64,000 bases of DNA, from contig CM119263.1 of the NCBI GenBank assembly GCA_051294375.1, positions 1,075,756 through 1,139,755 of the forward strand. Direction: 5' to 3'. A program made the position numbers and the translations under genes. Below the pieces are notes generated by a model. It was given only the letters and a program-made list of their open reading frames with translations, did not search any database and was not told the DNA's origin. Numbering within the stretch: position 1 is the stretch's first letter; each line of letters opens with the position of its first letter. This DNA is from Paraspadella gotoi (lineage: Eukaryota; Animalia; Chaetognatha). Of this stretch, positions 28,623 through 40,316 are shown one piece after another.

Positions 28623-29394
28623 TATCTTTCGATAAACCTTTTCGAAAAGTGTGCAATTTTTTCTTGGAAATAGAGCAACAGGACTGAGAAAGAGTCAAAC
28701 AACAACAATAACAGCGAAAAAAGAAGAAACCAAATAAAAGAAAGAGAAGATTAAACGTTTTGCGTCACCAATAGAGGACGACGCCGACCACGCCCATTTT
28801 TGGTCTTGGTTCAAAACGCGCTCTTGTTTTTTGTAAGTGATCACGTGACTTAACTTCCTCTCTTCCCTCACTGAGACGTGATCGGGGAATGGATCATTCA
28901 CCGCCTCTCATCACAAATCATGAGTTGATGTGATGTGATATGAAGAGATTGATCTCTTGTGAAATCTCCAATCCAAATCTCATATTTCGAAGACGAAAAT
29001 CTTCAGTCTAAAAAAAAACAACTAAATTTGTTTTCAAAACAAAATTTTTTTGGTGAAAAGAAAACAGTTCGACGAATTTATGGCCAATTTATTCCAAAAA
29101 TGAGAGAGAAAATCTTTTTGGTGAATGAAAAGTTGGTAAGATTTCTGGTCAGAGTTAAGGATTTATTCATTTCACAAGAATTAAGTTCACCTAATTTTGA
29201 ATTCTATAAAATTGACGAAAAAAAATAGCGAAAGGAAAATAGTTTTTATATAAAGCATCGACGCCCAGAATAAAGCATAGAAACCGGAAAAAAAAGCAGC
29301 CAAAAAGCAGCAAAAAGCAGCAAAAGAGCGGAAGAAATTCGAAAGTGAAAACGCGTCTCGAAGATTCCCTGGAGAGTTGAGTTGTTGAGTTGAG

Positions 29395-29440
<46 letters not shown>

Positions 29441-29494
29441 GAGTTGAGTGTTGTTGACTGTGAACCACTCGTGTGTTTAGTTGTGAGATGGAAG

Positions 29495-29705
29495 GTCGGG
29501 ACGAAATGAGACGCTTACAGGCAAAAGTGAGACGCTTCTGTGAAGATGTGAGGCGCTTACGGGCCGAACTGAGACACTTACGGGCCGAAGTGAGACGCAT
29601 CCGGGAAGAAGTGAGACGCTTACGGACAGAAGTGAGACACTTACGGGCCGAAGTGAGAATCGTCCAGGTCGAAGAGAAACACGTCTCAGGCGAAGTGAGA
29701 TGCTT
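29495..29705. repeat. 21-bp minisatellite (GAAGTGAGACGCTTACGGGCC), about 10 copies
   Basis: GTGAGAC recurs at 21-bp periodicity. Confidence 0.9.
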
Positions 29706-29743
29706 CCGACATTTTTTTTCACCTCCTCCATCTATCTCTCTCT

Positions 29744-29826
<83 letters not shown>

Positions 29827-29892
29827 TTCTCTCACTAGCTCTTTCTATTTTCTCACATTTTTCTGATTTTACAATCTTTCTGCATCTCTCCA

Positions 29893-29938
<46 letters not shown>

Positions 29939-30338
29939 GCCTCTTCAGGCTGTTTCAACGAAGACAAGAGAGAAAGAAAGGGAAAAACAAATTTAAAGAC
30001 GAAGAAATAAAAATAAATGAATGAATGAATGAATGAATGAATGAATGAATGAATGAATGAATGAATGAATGAATGAATGAATGAATGAATGAATGATTGA
30101 ATGAATGATCTCAGGGAATCACATCTAATATCGAGCCAATAAACCAAGAACCGAATGAGGCGTTTCGCGTTTAATTAACTAATCTTTGGCGCTGACGACT
30201 GGAGCCTCGATTCTGAGCGAAAGTCGAGAACCGAAAAGTAGATTTTTTAATCAGAGAAAAACAGAAGAAAAAAAAAGAGCATCGAGTTTCCTTCCAACTC
30301 ATTTTCTCATTGGAAGAGAGATTCTTAAACGAGTTTTT

Positions 30339-30374
<36 letters not shown>

Positions 30375-30375
30375 T

Positions 30376-30420
<45 letters not shown>

Positions 30421-32564
30421 CCTCTTTTCTTCTGAAAAAAAAAAAAATGATCGATTGATGTGAAGTCTTTGTCCTTTTGGTAGCGACGGTGTGTCGTTCT
30501 GTCGTCGTCGTCGTCGTCATCGTCGTCGTCTTAATTGTTTTTCTCGCTTTGCAGTTGCATTTTTAATTTTATCTTGGGAAAGAATTATTTAAGATTTCTT
30601 GGATGTAATCTTATCAAAGTTTTCCGATTCATTCTATAACAAATCAATTCTCTTTAATTTTTTTTTCTTTCATCTGTTAAGTCAGTTTATAAATATTAAT
30701 AAACCTTCATCTCCCCCCACTCTCTCTCTCTCTCGATCTCCAATTATTGCTAATATGAAAAAAATAAAAACGAAATAAACTAGAGACACAAGGTGTCCTT
30801 AACTTCTAACGCAGCCTCAGGCAATAACCCTATTAACCGCGTTAAACGGTGAAATCAGGCTCTATTTTCCCATAGCGCCCAATTTCTGTTCTTTTATCCA
30901 GAAAAATAAATTTTAATTTTAATATTCGAACTTATTCGATATAATCCTTTCATTTCGCTGTGTTTTTGATTAGCATCAGACTTAAAGATATTTATTATTT
31001 TAAAAGACATTTGTTGATGTCGTCGGAAAGTCGGTTTGAAAGTTTAATCTCACTAACAATTGAAATGTTTTATCTCATGATAATTTATAAAATTTTATGT
31101 CCAAGCGGAAAGGAGAACTAACGAAGGCGTGAGCCCGATGGATTAAAACTTCATGAAAGTAAAATATAGAAAAATGAAATTAATGGAACAAAAACCATCG
31201 CTTGTCGCCTTTGATTATTAATTATACAAGATATGGAAACAAGAAATTATTTATGTTCCATTGATTAACTTTAAATCCTAAGCTACAAGCAAAAGTGAAA
31301 AAATTTTCAAGTAGCAAACGTTGAACAAAAAATTGTAAAAACTTGCGAAGCATAAATTTTTATCAGAAAACAAGACACAGCTGCTGAAGACGAGCAAACT
31401 CAGTCTAGTGGAATTTCGCCATGTAATATGAATCATCTGCCACAAGCGCAAACCTTTCACGACTTCTCCCTTTCACAATCTTCACACCTTCACACCCTCT
31501 TTTCTCTTTTCTCCCTCCATCTCATAACTTTTGAGTTTAGACTCTCACCACGGACCCAAAAGATTTTCCTCTCCACAATCTGCAATCTCGCGAGGCATTG
31601 ATTTTGGCTTCGCCTTTCACCGTGACCCTCTCGCTTTTTTCCACTCTGTTGACACCTTTGACCTTTGACCTCTGACCTCTGACCTTTGGCACGAAGCTCG
31701 TGAATTCAGGAATTCCCTTGGAAATGAAATACGCAGAATAACGAGAAGAACTCAACGTTTTTTTCTTTTCTTTCGTCTCCTTTTTCTCTTTTCTTTCTCT
31801 TTCTTCATCTTTTCCTCCTCTTTCGTATTCCACTTCACTTTCTCCTTTTCTTTCTACTTCTCTTTATCCTTCTCTTTCTCTTTCTCCTTCTCTTTCCCAT
31901 TTTTCTTTCTTTTTCCCCTTGTCTTTCTCTTTCTCATTCTCTTTATCTTTCTCCTTCTCTTTCTCTTTCTATTTCTCTTTCTCCATCTTTTCCTCCTCTT
32001 TGGTATTCCACTTCTTTTTCTCCTTTTCTTTCTACTTCTCTTTCTCCTTCTCTTTGTCATTCTCTTTCTCCTTCTCTTTCTCCTTCTCTTTCTCTTTCTC
32101 TTGCTCCTTCCTTTCTTTCTCTCCTTTTCTCGACCTTTTCAATTTCCATATTTTAAGCCAGGGAATGTATATGACTTTTTTGGTGTTATATTATCAAAAG
32201 GCCCATTTCAGTGTTAAATACAATTCTGACATTATGATTATTTTCTTTTTTCTGTTTCGACGCTAAACCACAATTCCCGTATCACTTTAAATTGCTTAAC
32301 AAATTCAATAAAATCACTTCCAACAACAGCGTTTAAGTTTGACATATATATTATCATATATAATCATGGGAGCCTAAAGAAAATGAGTTTCTTCGTACCA
32401 TAAATTCTTCCCCGGATTCAAAAACCCGGATGCAACTTTGCCACATTGTCGACAACCGAAAATAAATCTTTCCGAATCAACACCTTCTTCGGCTGAGAAT
32501 ATATTCCATATTTTTTTTATAAAAAAGAATGATTTCATGTTATTATCTAAGTCATGTTAAATAA

Positions 32565-32656
<92 letters not shown>

Positions 32657-32956
32657 GCTCTTTTTTTCTTCGGAATTTAACAAGTTTTTTGTCTGTTTTT
32701 TTTTTAATTTCTTTTTATTTCGTTCCCCCCCACCCCATTTTATTCTTTTCCGCTCTTTCGCGCTTCCCCGTTGCCATGGTGATTTTACGGTTATCTTCTG
32801 CGTTTCATCCCTTTGTTTCGTCTCTTGTTTCTTTGTTTCGTCTCCTGTTTCTTTGTTGCCACCAAAAAGAGCAAAAGACTAATTAATTCTCTGCCTTCGA
32901 CAATCAGATCAGAATGAAAAGAAAAAAAATAGTTTTTGCCCCAAAATAGATAGATT

Positions 32957-33051
<95 letters not shown>

Positions 33052-33156
33052 GGATGGATAGATTAGATAGATAGATATCTAGAGCAGATTTTGGTAAACA
33101 ACGAAAATTCACTCAATAAGTATTATGGTGGACTAAAATCCACTAACCGTTCATCA

Positions 33157-33310
33157 GCGGCCATTGGTGCCGGAGGCAAGTCATTCGCCTCCCAACCCAA
33201 AGGTCCGGGGTTCTAGCCCGGTGGTCGTCTGGCAGTTAAGAGGGACGGGACGCTTAACCCGCCTGTAACTCGGTGTTACAGCCTGATCCGAAGCTCAGGG
33301 ACTGCTTATA
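33157..33310 (+). mobile_element. tRNA(Gly)-like SINE with twister-like 3' domain, copy D (cleanest copy)
   Basis: A 72-nt tRNA-like head (33157-33228) has acceptor GCGGCCA/TGGTCGT, A box TGGTGCCGGAGG, a CCC anticodon in TTCGCCTCCCAAC and B box GGTTCTAGCCC. It is followed by a structured 76-nt domain. Four copies occur in the window. Confidence 0.88.
33231..33306 (+). ncRNA. twister-like ribozyme, P5-permuted (copy D); predicted cleavage at U33255/A33256
   Basis: P5 GGCAGT/ACTGCT; L1 3' strand GACGG; UAA; P2 CC/GG; T2 GC; P3 CTGTAAC/GTTACAG; P4 CCTGA/TCAGG closing L4 TCCGAAGC. Confidence 0.62.
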
Positions 33311-33596
33311 TTGAACGGTTCTGTCACTAACACATAACAATAATTACTGTCTCTTCAGTATAATACATTAAAAAAGTAACAAAAATCTTCAAAAAACTCT
33401 TATCAGTTAAACTTTTCTTTTTAATAATAAAAATATTAACAAACTGAGAAAGCAACTCATTTTTTTTATGACGAGTTCCAACATCTGTTTTCTCCGATGC
33501 ATCTGTCTTATAACAATCCAGTTTCCAGTTGCAACTGTGTCAACATCTGTAAAACTTCTTTCCCTCTCGGCCATCTTTACGCCCAAGCATCACTGA

Positions 33597-33609
33597 TCAA
33601 GGGAAACGC
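33597..33609 (-). CDS. possible terminal kinase exon 18 (RRFP-stop)
   Basis: Acceptor TTTTTTCGCAG followed by G CGT TTC CCT TGA in the right phase. Confidence 0.45.
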
Positions 33610-36600
33610 CTGCGAAAAAACTGTGAAAAGATAAACGTGGTCGATCACGAGTCAAACGTGATTCGCTTATTATAAACTGAGGGAAGATAGAAATTGGGAG
33701 AAAGGTCAACTTGATCACACTCTGAAGATATCAATAAGAATGGTCACAACTCAGACGAAGAACCCGCTACCCACCGATATAAATATTTATAAAAAAAAAT
33801 AATAAAAATGAAAAAAAAATAAATAAATAAATTTTTAAAAAATAAATGCAGCGTCCTTTACCGAAGCAAAGGGTTTTTCTCCTTTTTCGAGTCAACGTCG
33901 GGAACGCAGAGCCGCGACTCAACAGATGCTGCTGTCGCCGCAGCTGCTGACGCTCTTTTCGACGAAGCGGCATCACCGGTGGCGCCGCAGGAGCCTTGCG
34001 AAACGGGAATTCGAGAGCGTTGGTTCGACGAAACCGTTTCGTAACCATTGGCAACGGCGGGGCCATGGTTCGCCTTAGCCTGAGGCGGCGACGCGCACTG
34101 CAAATAAGCGTCGGAGAAGAAGGAAATGTGCGGAGACTGTTGACGCTGCAGAGAAGAAAGGAGAGAGCGACTCGATACGCTGGATGGTTGCCGCTGCGTC
34201 GGACGGTGCGGCTGCGGCGATCCGTGCTGCTGCGCCGATCCGTGCTGCTGCGGCGGCGTGATCCGTCGAGGCTGCGGCTGCGGCGACGAGGAAGTCATTA
34301 CTTTTCGAGGCGAAAGGGACGTCGAGAAAGAGGGCGAAGTCGCCGTGGATTTCGTCGTAGAATTCGTCGCAGATTTCAAAGGTTGTTTCGTGACGAAGGC
34401 TATTTAATTTTATCGATTTAAGTGGCAACAGTATTATTAGTAAACCACTCGATCCTGTGGCCAATGTCAGGATTCGGCCTCTATATGAGGCCGGTAGATA
34501 ACGGCGGGAGAATTTTCGATTAATATTGATAAAAATTATAATTAATTTTGATTAATTTTAATTAATTCTAATCAGATTCACCGTTAGCTCGCTCTCTCGT
34601 CCCATTCGTCGGGGACGTCGGCGGACGATTCGACGACGGGGCGTTGGAGGGTCGAACCTTGGAAGGGCTCGTCCGAGATGCCTTGGAGGTTCGGTGCTTG
34701 GCGAGTTTCTGTAAAAAAAACTTAGTTGTTGTCGTATAAATTGATGGTTATTGTGTTAGTCATTGTAAATGCACTTCTACATTATGACGATTTCAAAAAA
34801 AAAATATTAAATACATTTAGTTTACAGAGTAGATTGATCCACAGTGTGCTCTTCAACCTGAGACAGATGATTCCACTGTGCCGTAATTGACGAGCTTCGA
34901 TTTTGTGATTTTTTCGTCGGCGACATCAAAGTCGTTTCCTTCTGAAGAAGCGAGAGGAAGTGAGTATCTTCCAGTCTTAAAACTCAATCCTTAGGCGTTA
35001 ATGTTTAATGATTAATGTTTAATGTTTAATGATTTAATGATTTAATGATTTAATGATTTAATTTACTCCGTAACTAGTTTTAAAGTCGTTACCAAATTTT
35101 TTAGATGTGCCTAATTGCCTATTCTATCCTTTTAATTTATTTTTATGTTTTCTTTCTAATCATTAAATGACTTTTTCACTCACTGGACGACATTCACTCT
35201 TCATGTGATTTTCTCTTTCTTCACACCATCGATGACTATTCTCTTTCGCTTTGCTGTCCACGTTGCCATCGGCCTTTCTCGGCACATTGCCACTTGCCAT
35301 TCTGTCCACGTTGCCATCGGCCCTGCTCGGCACTTTGCCATTTGCCCTTCTGTCCACGTTGCCATCAGCCCTGCTCGGCACATTGCCACTTGACATTCTG
35401 TCCACGTTGCCATCGACCCAGCTCGGCACATTGCCATTTGCCCTTCTGTCCACGTTGCCATCGGCCCTGCTTGGCACATTGCCATTTGCCCTTCTGTCCA
35501 CGTTGCCATCAGCCCTGCTCGGCACATTGCCACTTGCCCTGCTCGCCAAATTACTGTTAGCGTTGACGTTGCTAAGTCTAAAATCATCCACATTGACAAT
35601 CGTCTCGTTTCTCTTAACGCCGTCGTTCAAACTGCTGCTAAAAGTGCTGTCGAAACTGCTGTTGAAGCTGTTGTCGAAGATGCTGTCAAAGCTGCTGCGG
35701 TTGATTCGAATCGGTGATGTCGCCGCCTCCTTTTTTCTTGGCGACGTTTCTTTATCAAGTGATTGAATTAGCTTGCCTTCATCGACAAGCTCGGGACAAT
35801 TGGCTTGCTTGCCTCCGTAAAAATGCTTGATATCCTCAAGATGCTTGGAGCTATTAACATTCCTATTCAATTTTGGCTTAACGGCGTCATTGTAGCTTTG
35901 GCCTTTGTCCGCCTTTCCTTGCTTACCAATCGGCCGCTTGGTCTCTTTTTTCCTCACGAAACCAAGACAAGCTTTTTCGACGCCGCTCTGTCTTCGCGTC
36001 GACACCGGCACCGCTAAAGCCATCTCGGCGTCGCGAAACGGCGCTCCGACCGGCGTCGTCTTCCTAGTTTCTTCCGGTTTCAATTTCGTCAAAATTTTTT
36101 GTTCGTCGCTGAGATTCGTGATGCTGTCGTCGTCGTCATCGTCGTCGTCGTCGTCATCGTCGTCGTCGTCAAAACGAGGAAAAGATTCGAAGCGTCGGTT
36201 TTTGTCGGTTGGCGAAGTCGGTTTCTTTTTTGCCGACAACGGCGTCCACGAATCTTTGGTCGAATCGCGATTTCTCTCGAGGCGTCGAACGTGAGATTTA
36301 TTTGATGGAAGACGATTATTTTCGTCGTCGTCGTCGTCGTCGTTCCACTCGTCTCCATCCACGATCCGTTTCCTCGTCAACTCCTTCGAGGGAGCTTTCG
36401 GACGGGCGCCTGGATCTCGAGATGATCCTCTTCGATCGCCTGGATCTCCAGAGAACCTTTTTCGGATCCCTTGGTTGCCAGAGTGTCCACTCCTGGCGTC
36501 TGCCGCTTTAGAGTGATCTCCTTGAACACCCCAGCCATCTTGGCGAACACTCAGTCGTTCTCCATGACTCTTTCGATCTCGCGTTTCGAGATACTGACGA

Positions 36601-39600
36601 ATCAAATCCGAACCCCTTTGATCTTCCAACGCTTCGTCGACATGCTCGTCTCTTCTCGTCTCTCGCAACGCGTCGTCGATCTTCAAGGACGAAACGACGC
36701 CCGTCATGTCGATCGAAAAGTCCCCGGATGTTGTCGTTGTCGTCGTCGTTGTTGTTGTCTTCCTTGATGGAGTCGGTTTTCCGCGGGAGTCTTCAAAAGA
36801 GGATTTGGCCTTCGAATTTTTCGTAGACTTTGGAATACTCCGTCGAGCGGCGCCTCTGATTTGAGGCGAGACTTCCGCTTTAGATTTTGATCCAGAGAAA
36901 CTTGGAGTTTCGATCTTTGGTTTAGGCGTCACTTTTTAAAATTGACAAAGGCAGAGATTTTAATTAACTTAATATATTACATATCAGAAGGAAATTTCTT
37001 TTACCCTCACTTCGTGGAGTCGTCCGTTCGACGCCCAGCGTCTCGTCGACGCCCCACGCTTTCACGACGCCTCCAGAATCTCTCTTGTCGAATCTCGCAG
37101 CCTGAGGAGATTTTGCGGACGAGCCTTTCCGGGGCGAAGTCGTCTTGCAGAGGGCGCCGGTCCTGGGCGACTTAACGCCGGCGACGCCGCTCGATGCCAC
37201 TTTCGAGCTCCGTTTACCGACGCGAGCGTCTTTCGTCGGCGACCGCGGCGTCGTCATTTTCGGCGTCGTTTTTCCGCTCGCGACGCCGTAACGACAATTA
37301 GCGGCGACGTCGGCGCGCCGCCAATCGAATTTCGGCACCGGAAATTTCTTCGGTCTGTTGTTGTTGTTGTTGTTGTTGTGGTCGTCGACATCGTCTTCAT
37401 CGTCTTCGTCATCGTCGTCATCTTCTCTGATTTTGAGGTTCTGATTATTTTCCCTTTCGATCTTTTTTTCTTTCAAAATCCAATTCGAACGTGATCGCTT
37501 CTCAGAAAATTTCTGTCAGTTTGAGTTTAAAAAAAGTGAATATGCTTGAATCAAATGTAACTAAATATAAAATAATACATATTATATAATTTAATATCGA
37601 TATATTATATGTAATATATGTAGGAACAAAAGGTGAACAGTAATGAAATTTAAAATAAGAAAGGAAAACATTCGAACTCATGACACTCAGGCTCTTAACC
37701 ATTGCGCTATAAGGCGCTAAGTTATAATTAGCTTAAACCACCAAATCATGTTCAATTTGATATAATACATAATAAAATAATATATAATGTAATATAGTAT
37801 CGAAAAAAACCCTAAATAAAAATTTTACCGTCTTTTCCACATCTTCCCTCGACCGCCACGCCATCTTAGTGGGAATCCTCGAAGCTCTCACGTCGTTACC
37901 GTCGCTTCGTCTCCGCGCCGACGTCAAATTCGCGTCGCTATGACAACGCGTCGGCCGCGTCTCGCGCGGATCAGACGTAGATGGCCGACAGACCGGCGTC
38001 GGCTCGTGTCGTCGCGGGACGACGCCGCTGACGCCGTTTCCCACGCAGGCGACGCAATCTCCGCCGGCGGCGTCGCGATTCCTCGTCGTTTTCTCGGCAT
38101 CTTCTTCCGGCGAAACGACTCCGTTTCGCTTCCGGCCAGCGGCGTCGGCGCCATCGTCGCAATGGGCGTTCCGAGCGGCGCCGCTTCTCGTATCGATCCA
38201 GCGGACGGCGTCGCCCATCAGACGCTGCAGAGCCGCGTTGGTCGATTCGTCTCTCAACATCATGTAGAGGCATCTGGCGGTGGCTTGGCTTCGAGGCTTC
38301 ACTTCCGGCGGGAGATGACCCAACTGTATAAATGTAGCAGAATAACTTGTGGTTCATTACAAATGAGATTGAGTTCTTAAATCTCACTTACTTATTGTTT
38401 TAAAATTATTAAAATTATTTTAATAGGATATATTAACGATTTAGTTTTTCAACCAATATTTCGATATTTCATTTTAAAGATGTGAACTTTATTTTCCAGA
38501 CGAGTGAAGGTGTCACACCCATGGATCACGAACCCCGTAGAAACAAGAAGAGCTGGATTGATGCTCCAAGCGTCGGCCGACTTCGTAGTCGACGGTCAAC
38601 TCGAAGAGAACATCCTCGTATCGTTTCCTCGTCAACCGACAAATCTGAAGAGAAAAGTCCATTAAAACTGCATCTTTTCTCCATCAACCACCTTCCCCCA
38701 TCACTTCCCCAGCACCTCTTCCACTACATCGTCGTCGCACAATTCCCCGACATCTCGATCAACCCCAGCATCCCCCGCCGCCTCCAGACTTCGCTGGACC
38801 TCCTCCACGCCCGCCGCCGCCGAGACGCCGTCGGCGGATCGGCGACGCAAAGTCTCCAACGCTTCGTCGGGAGAATCGAGAATTCTGGGAAGAATATTGA
38901 TGGGCGGGTGGAACGCAGAGAGATGGGATATGGCAATTTAGAATTGGATTTAAATGATAATATAAGCTTTATATTCTGTTTAATACTATATTGAATAAGA
39001 AAATTTTAAGATGTGTCGCTATGTTCCTTACTCTATCCGCGCAACCCGAGTGGCCAATTCATGTACAATGTTTGTAACATGGTCAGGACTTTTAACCCAG
39101 CTGTTGTTGCAGACTACAAAGAACCTATCGAGCAATCATTATCATGTGCCAGAAAAAAATTGACCTTAATTATTATTCATTTAAAAAAAATATTTAATTA
39201 AAATATAATTGTTAGAATAAATAACGAATACGATAGCAGATAACTATCGGAGTGACAAGATACTCTATCCCGACCTAATTAAAGTGGCGGCTGGGTTGAC
39301 GAAAGGTTTCCCATCAGGCGAGAACCAACGATGCTTCGTCGCCTCCGTCGCAGTCAGGCGCTCTTCAGGCGTCAGGTTTATCAGGCAGAAGAGAAGACTG
39401 ACGGCGTCAGTCGTCAGGTGGCGCGTCGCCTGGACGTGCGCTTGGGTCAATCCCGCTGTCGAGGGAAGTCGGAAGGTCCGAGGTTCGAGTCGAGTCAAAA
39501 CCTTGTTTTAATTCCTTTCGTGATATGATATTATGTTGTTCTGCTCACATTAAAACGTCAATATCGAAAAAAAACTGTCTCCAGGCACATGGAAGTGAAG

Positions 39601-40281
39601 ATGACACATGGAAATGACATGGAGATGACACATGAAGATTTAAAAGGTTTTCGATAAGATATTTGTCTTAGACCTCGAAACCCTGAACTAACGCCCCCCC
39701 CCATAGCTGGCGACGACGTTGCCAAAAAAAAATGCAAATAAAAAAAAACAATGTTGAGATAAAAAAAAAACAATAAATAAAAAGAAAAAAAACCTTGGAT
39801 GATTTTCTTGAGCTCCTGCCTTCGGTTCTTCGTCGCAGGAGGAAGAGCAAAGGGCAACCGACCCACGAGGATTGCGTAAAAGATGACCCCCAGCGACCTG
39901 ACGGTGGCCGGGTACAGAGGCATGGCAGGACACATGGCATGGCATGGCGTTAAAAAAAGAAGAGGCATTCAAAAAAGGCGAGTTTCGTCGCGAGAGAAAT
40001 GGCGTCGGAATCGAAGTTCGACTTGAGGGAACAGATCAAGTCATTACATCCGGGGTGGTTTATTACATCCGGAGTGAATTCAATTCCCAATGTTCCAATC
40101 TATCTTTCGTTCTTACTTCTAGACGAATCTCGAAGAACAGAAAAGAACAAAAAATCGAAAGGAAGAGAACAGAAAAGAACAGAATGGGCTTTCTTTAATA
40201 TCTCTATCATCATCGTCATTAGCAATAAGATTATCCTTTTTAGACAATCATCTTCATTATCTTCTTAGACGTAATCATTAT

Positions 40282-40316
<35 letters not shown>

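Noticed and set aside
29473-29838. Heptad-like ORF (EVRRLRAELRHLRAEV...) as a coiled-coil protein
   Set aside because: The periodicity follows directly from a 21-bp minisatellite. The ORF runs into (CT)n, and a similar 21-bp array at 18025 gives the same illusion.
33145-33160. CTGATGA on the minus strand next to element copy D as a hammerhead core
   Set aside because: There is no stem II followed by GAAA downstream.
33157-33228. Functional tRNA-Gly gene
   Set aside because: The anticodon and D stems pair poorly, the T loop is non-canonical (TTCTAGC), there is no oligo-T terminator, and it is always fused to the same 3' domain.
35251-36767. Plus-strand ORFs overlapping kinase exon 14, including the Cys/His-rich PFCPRCH repeat
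   Set aside because: They are antisense shadows of the coding repeat, not a zinc-finger gene.
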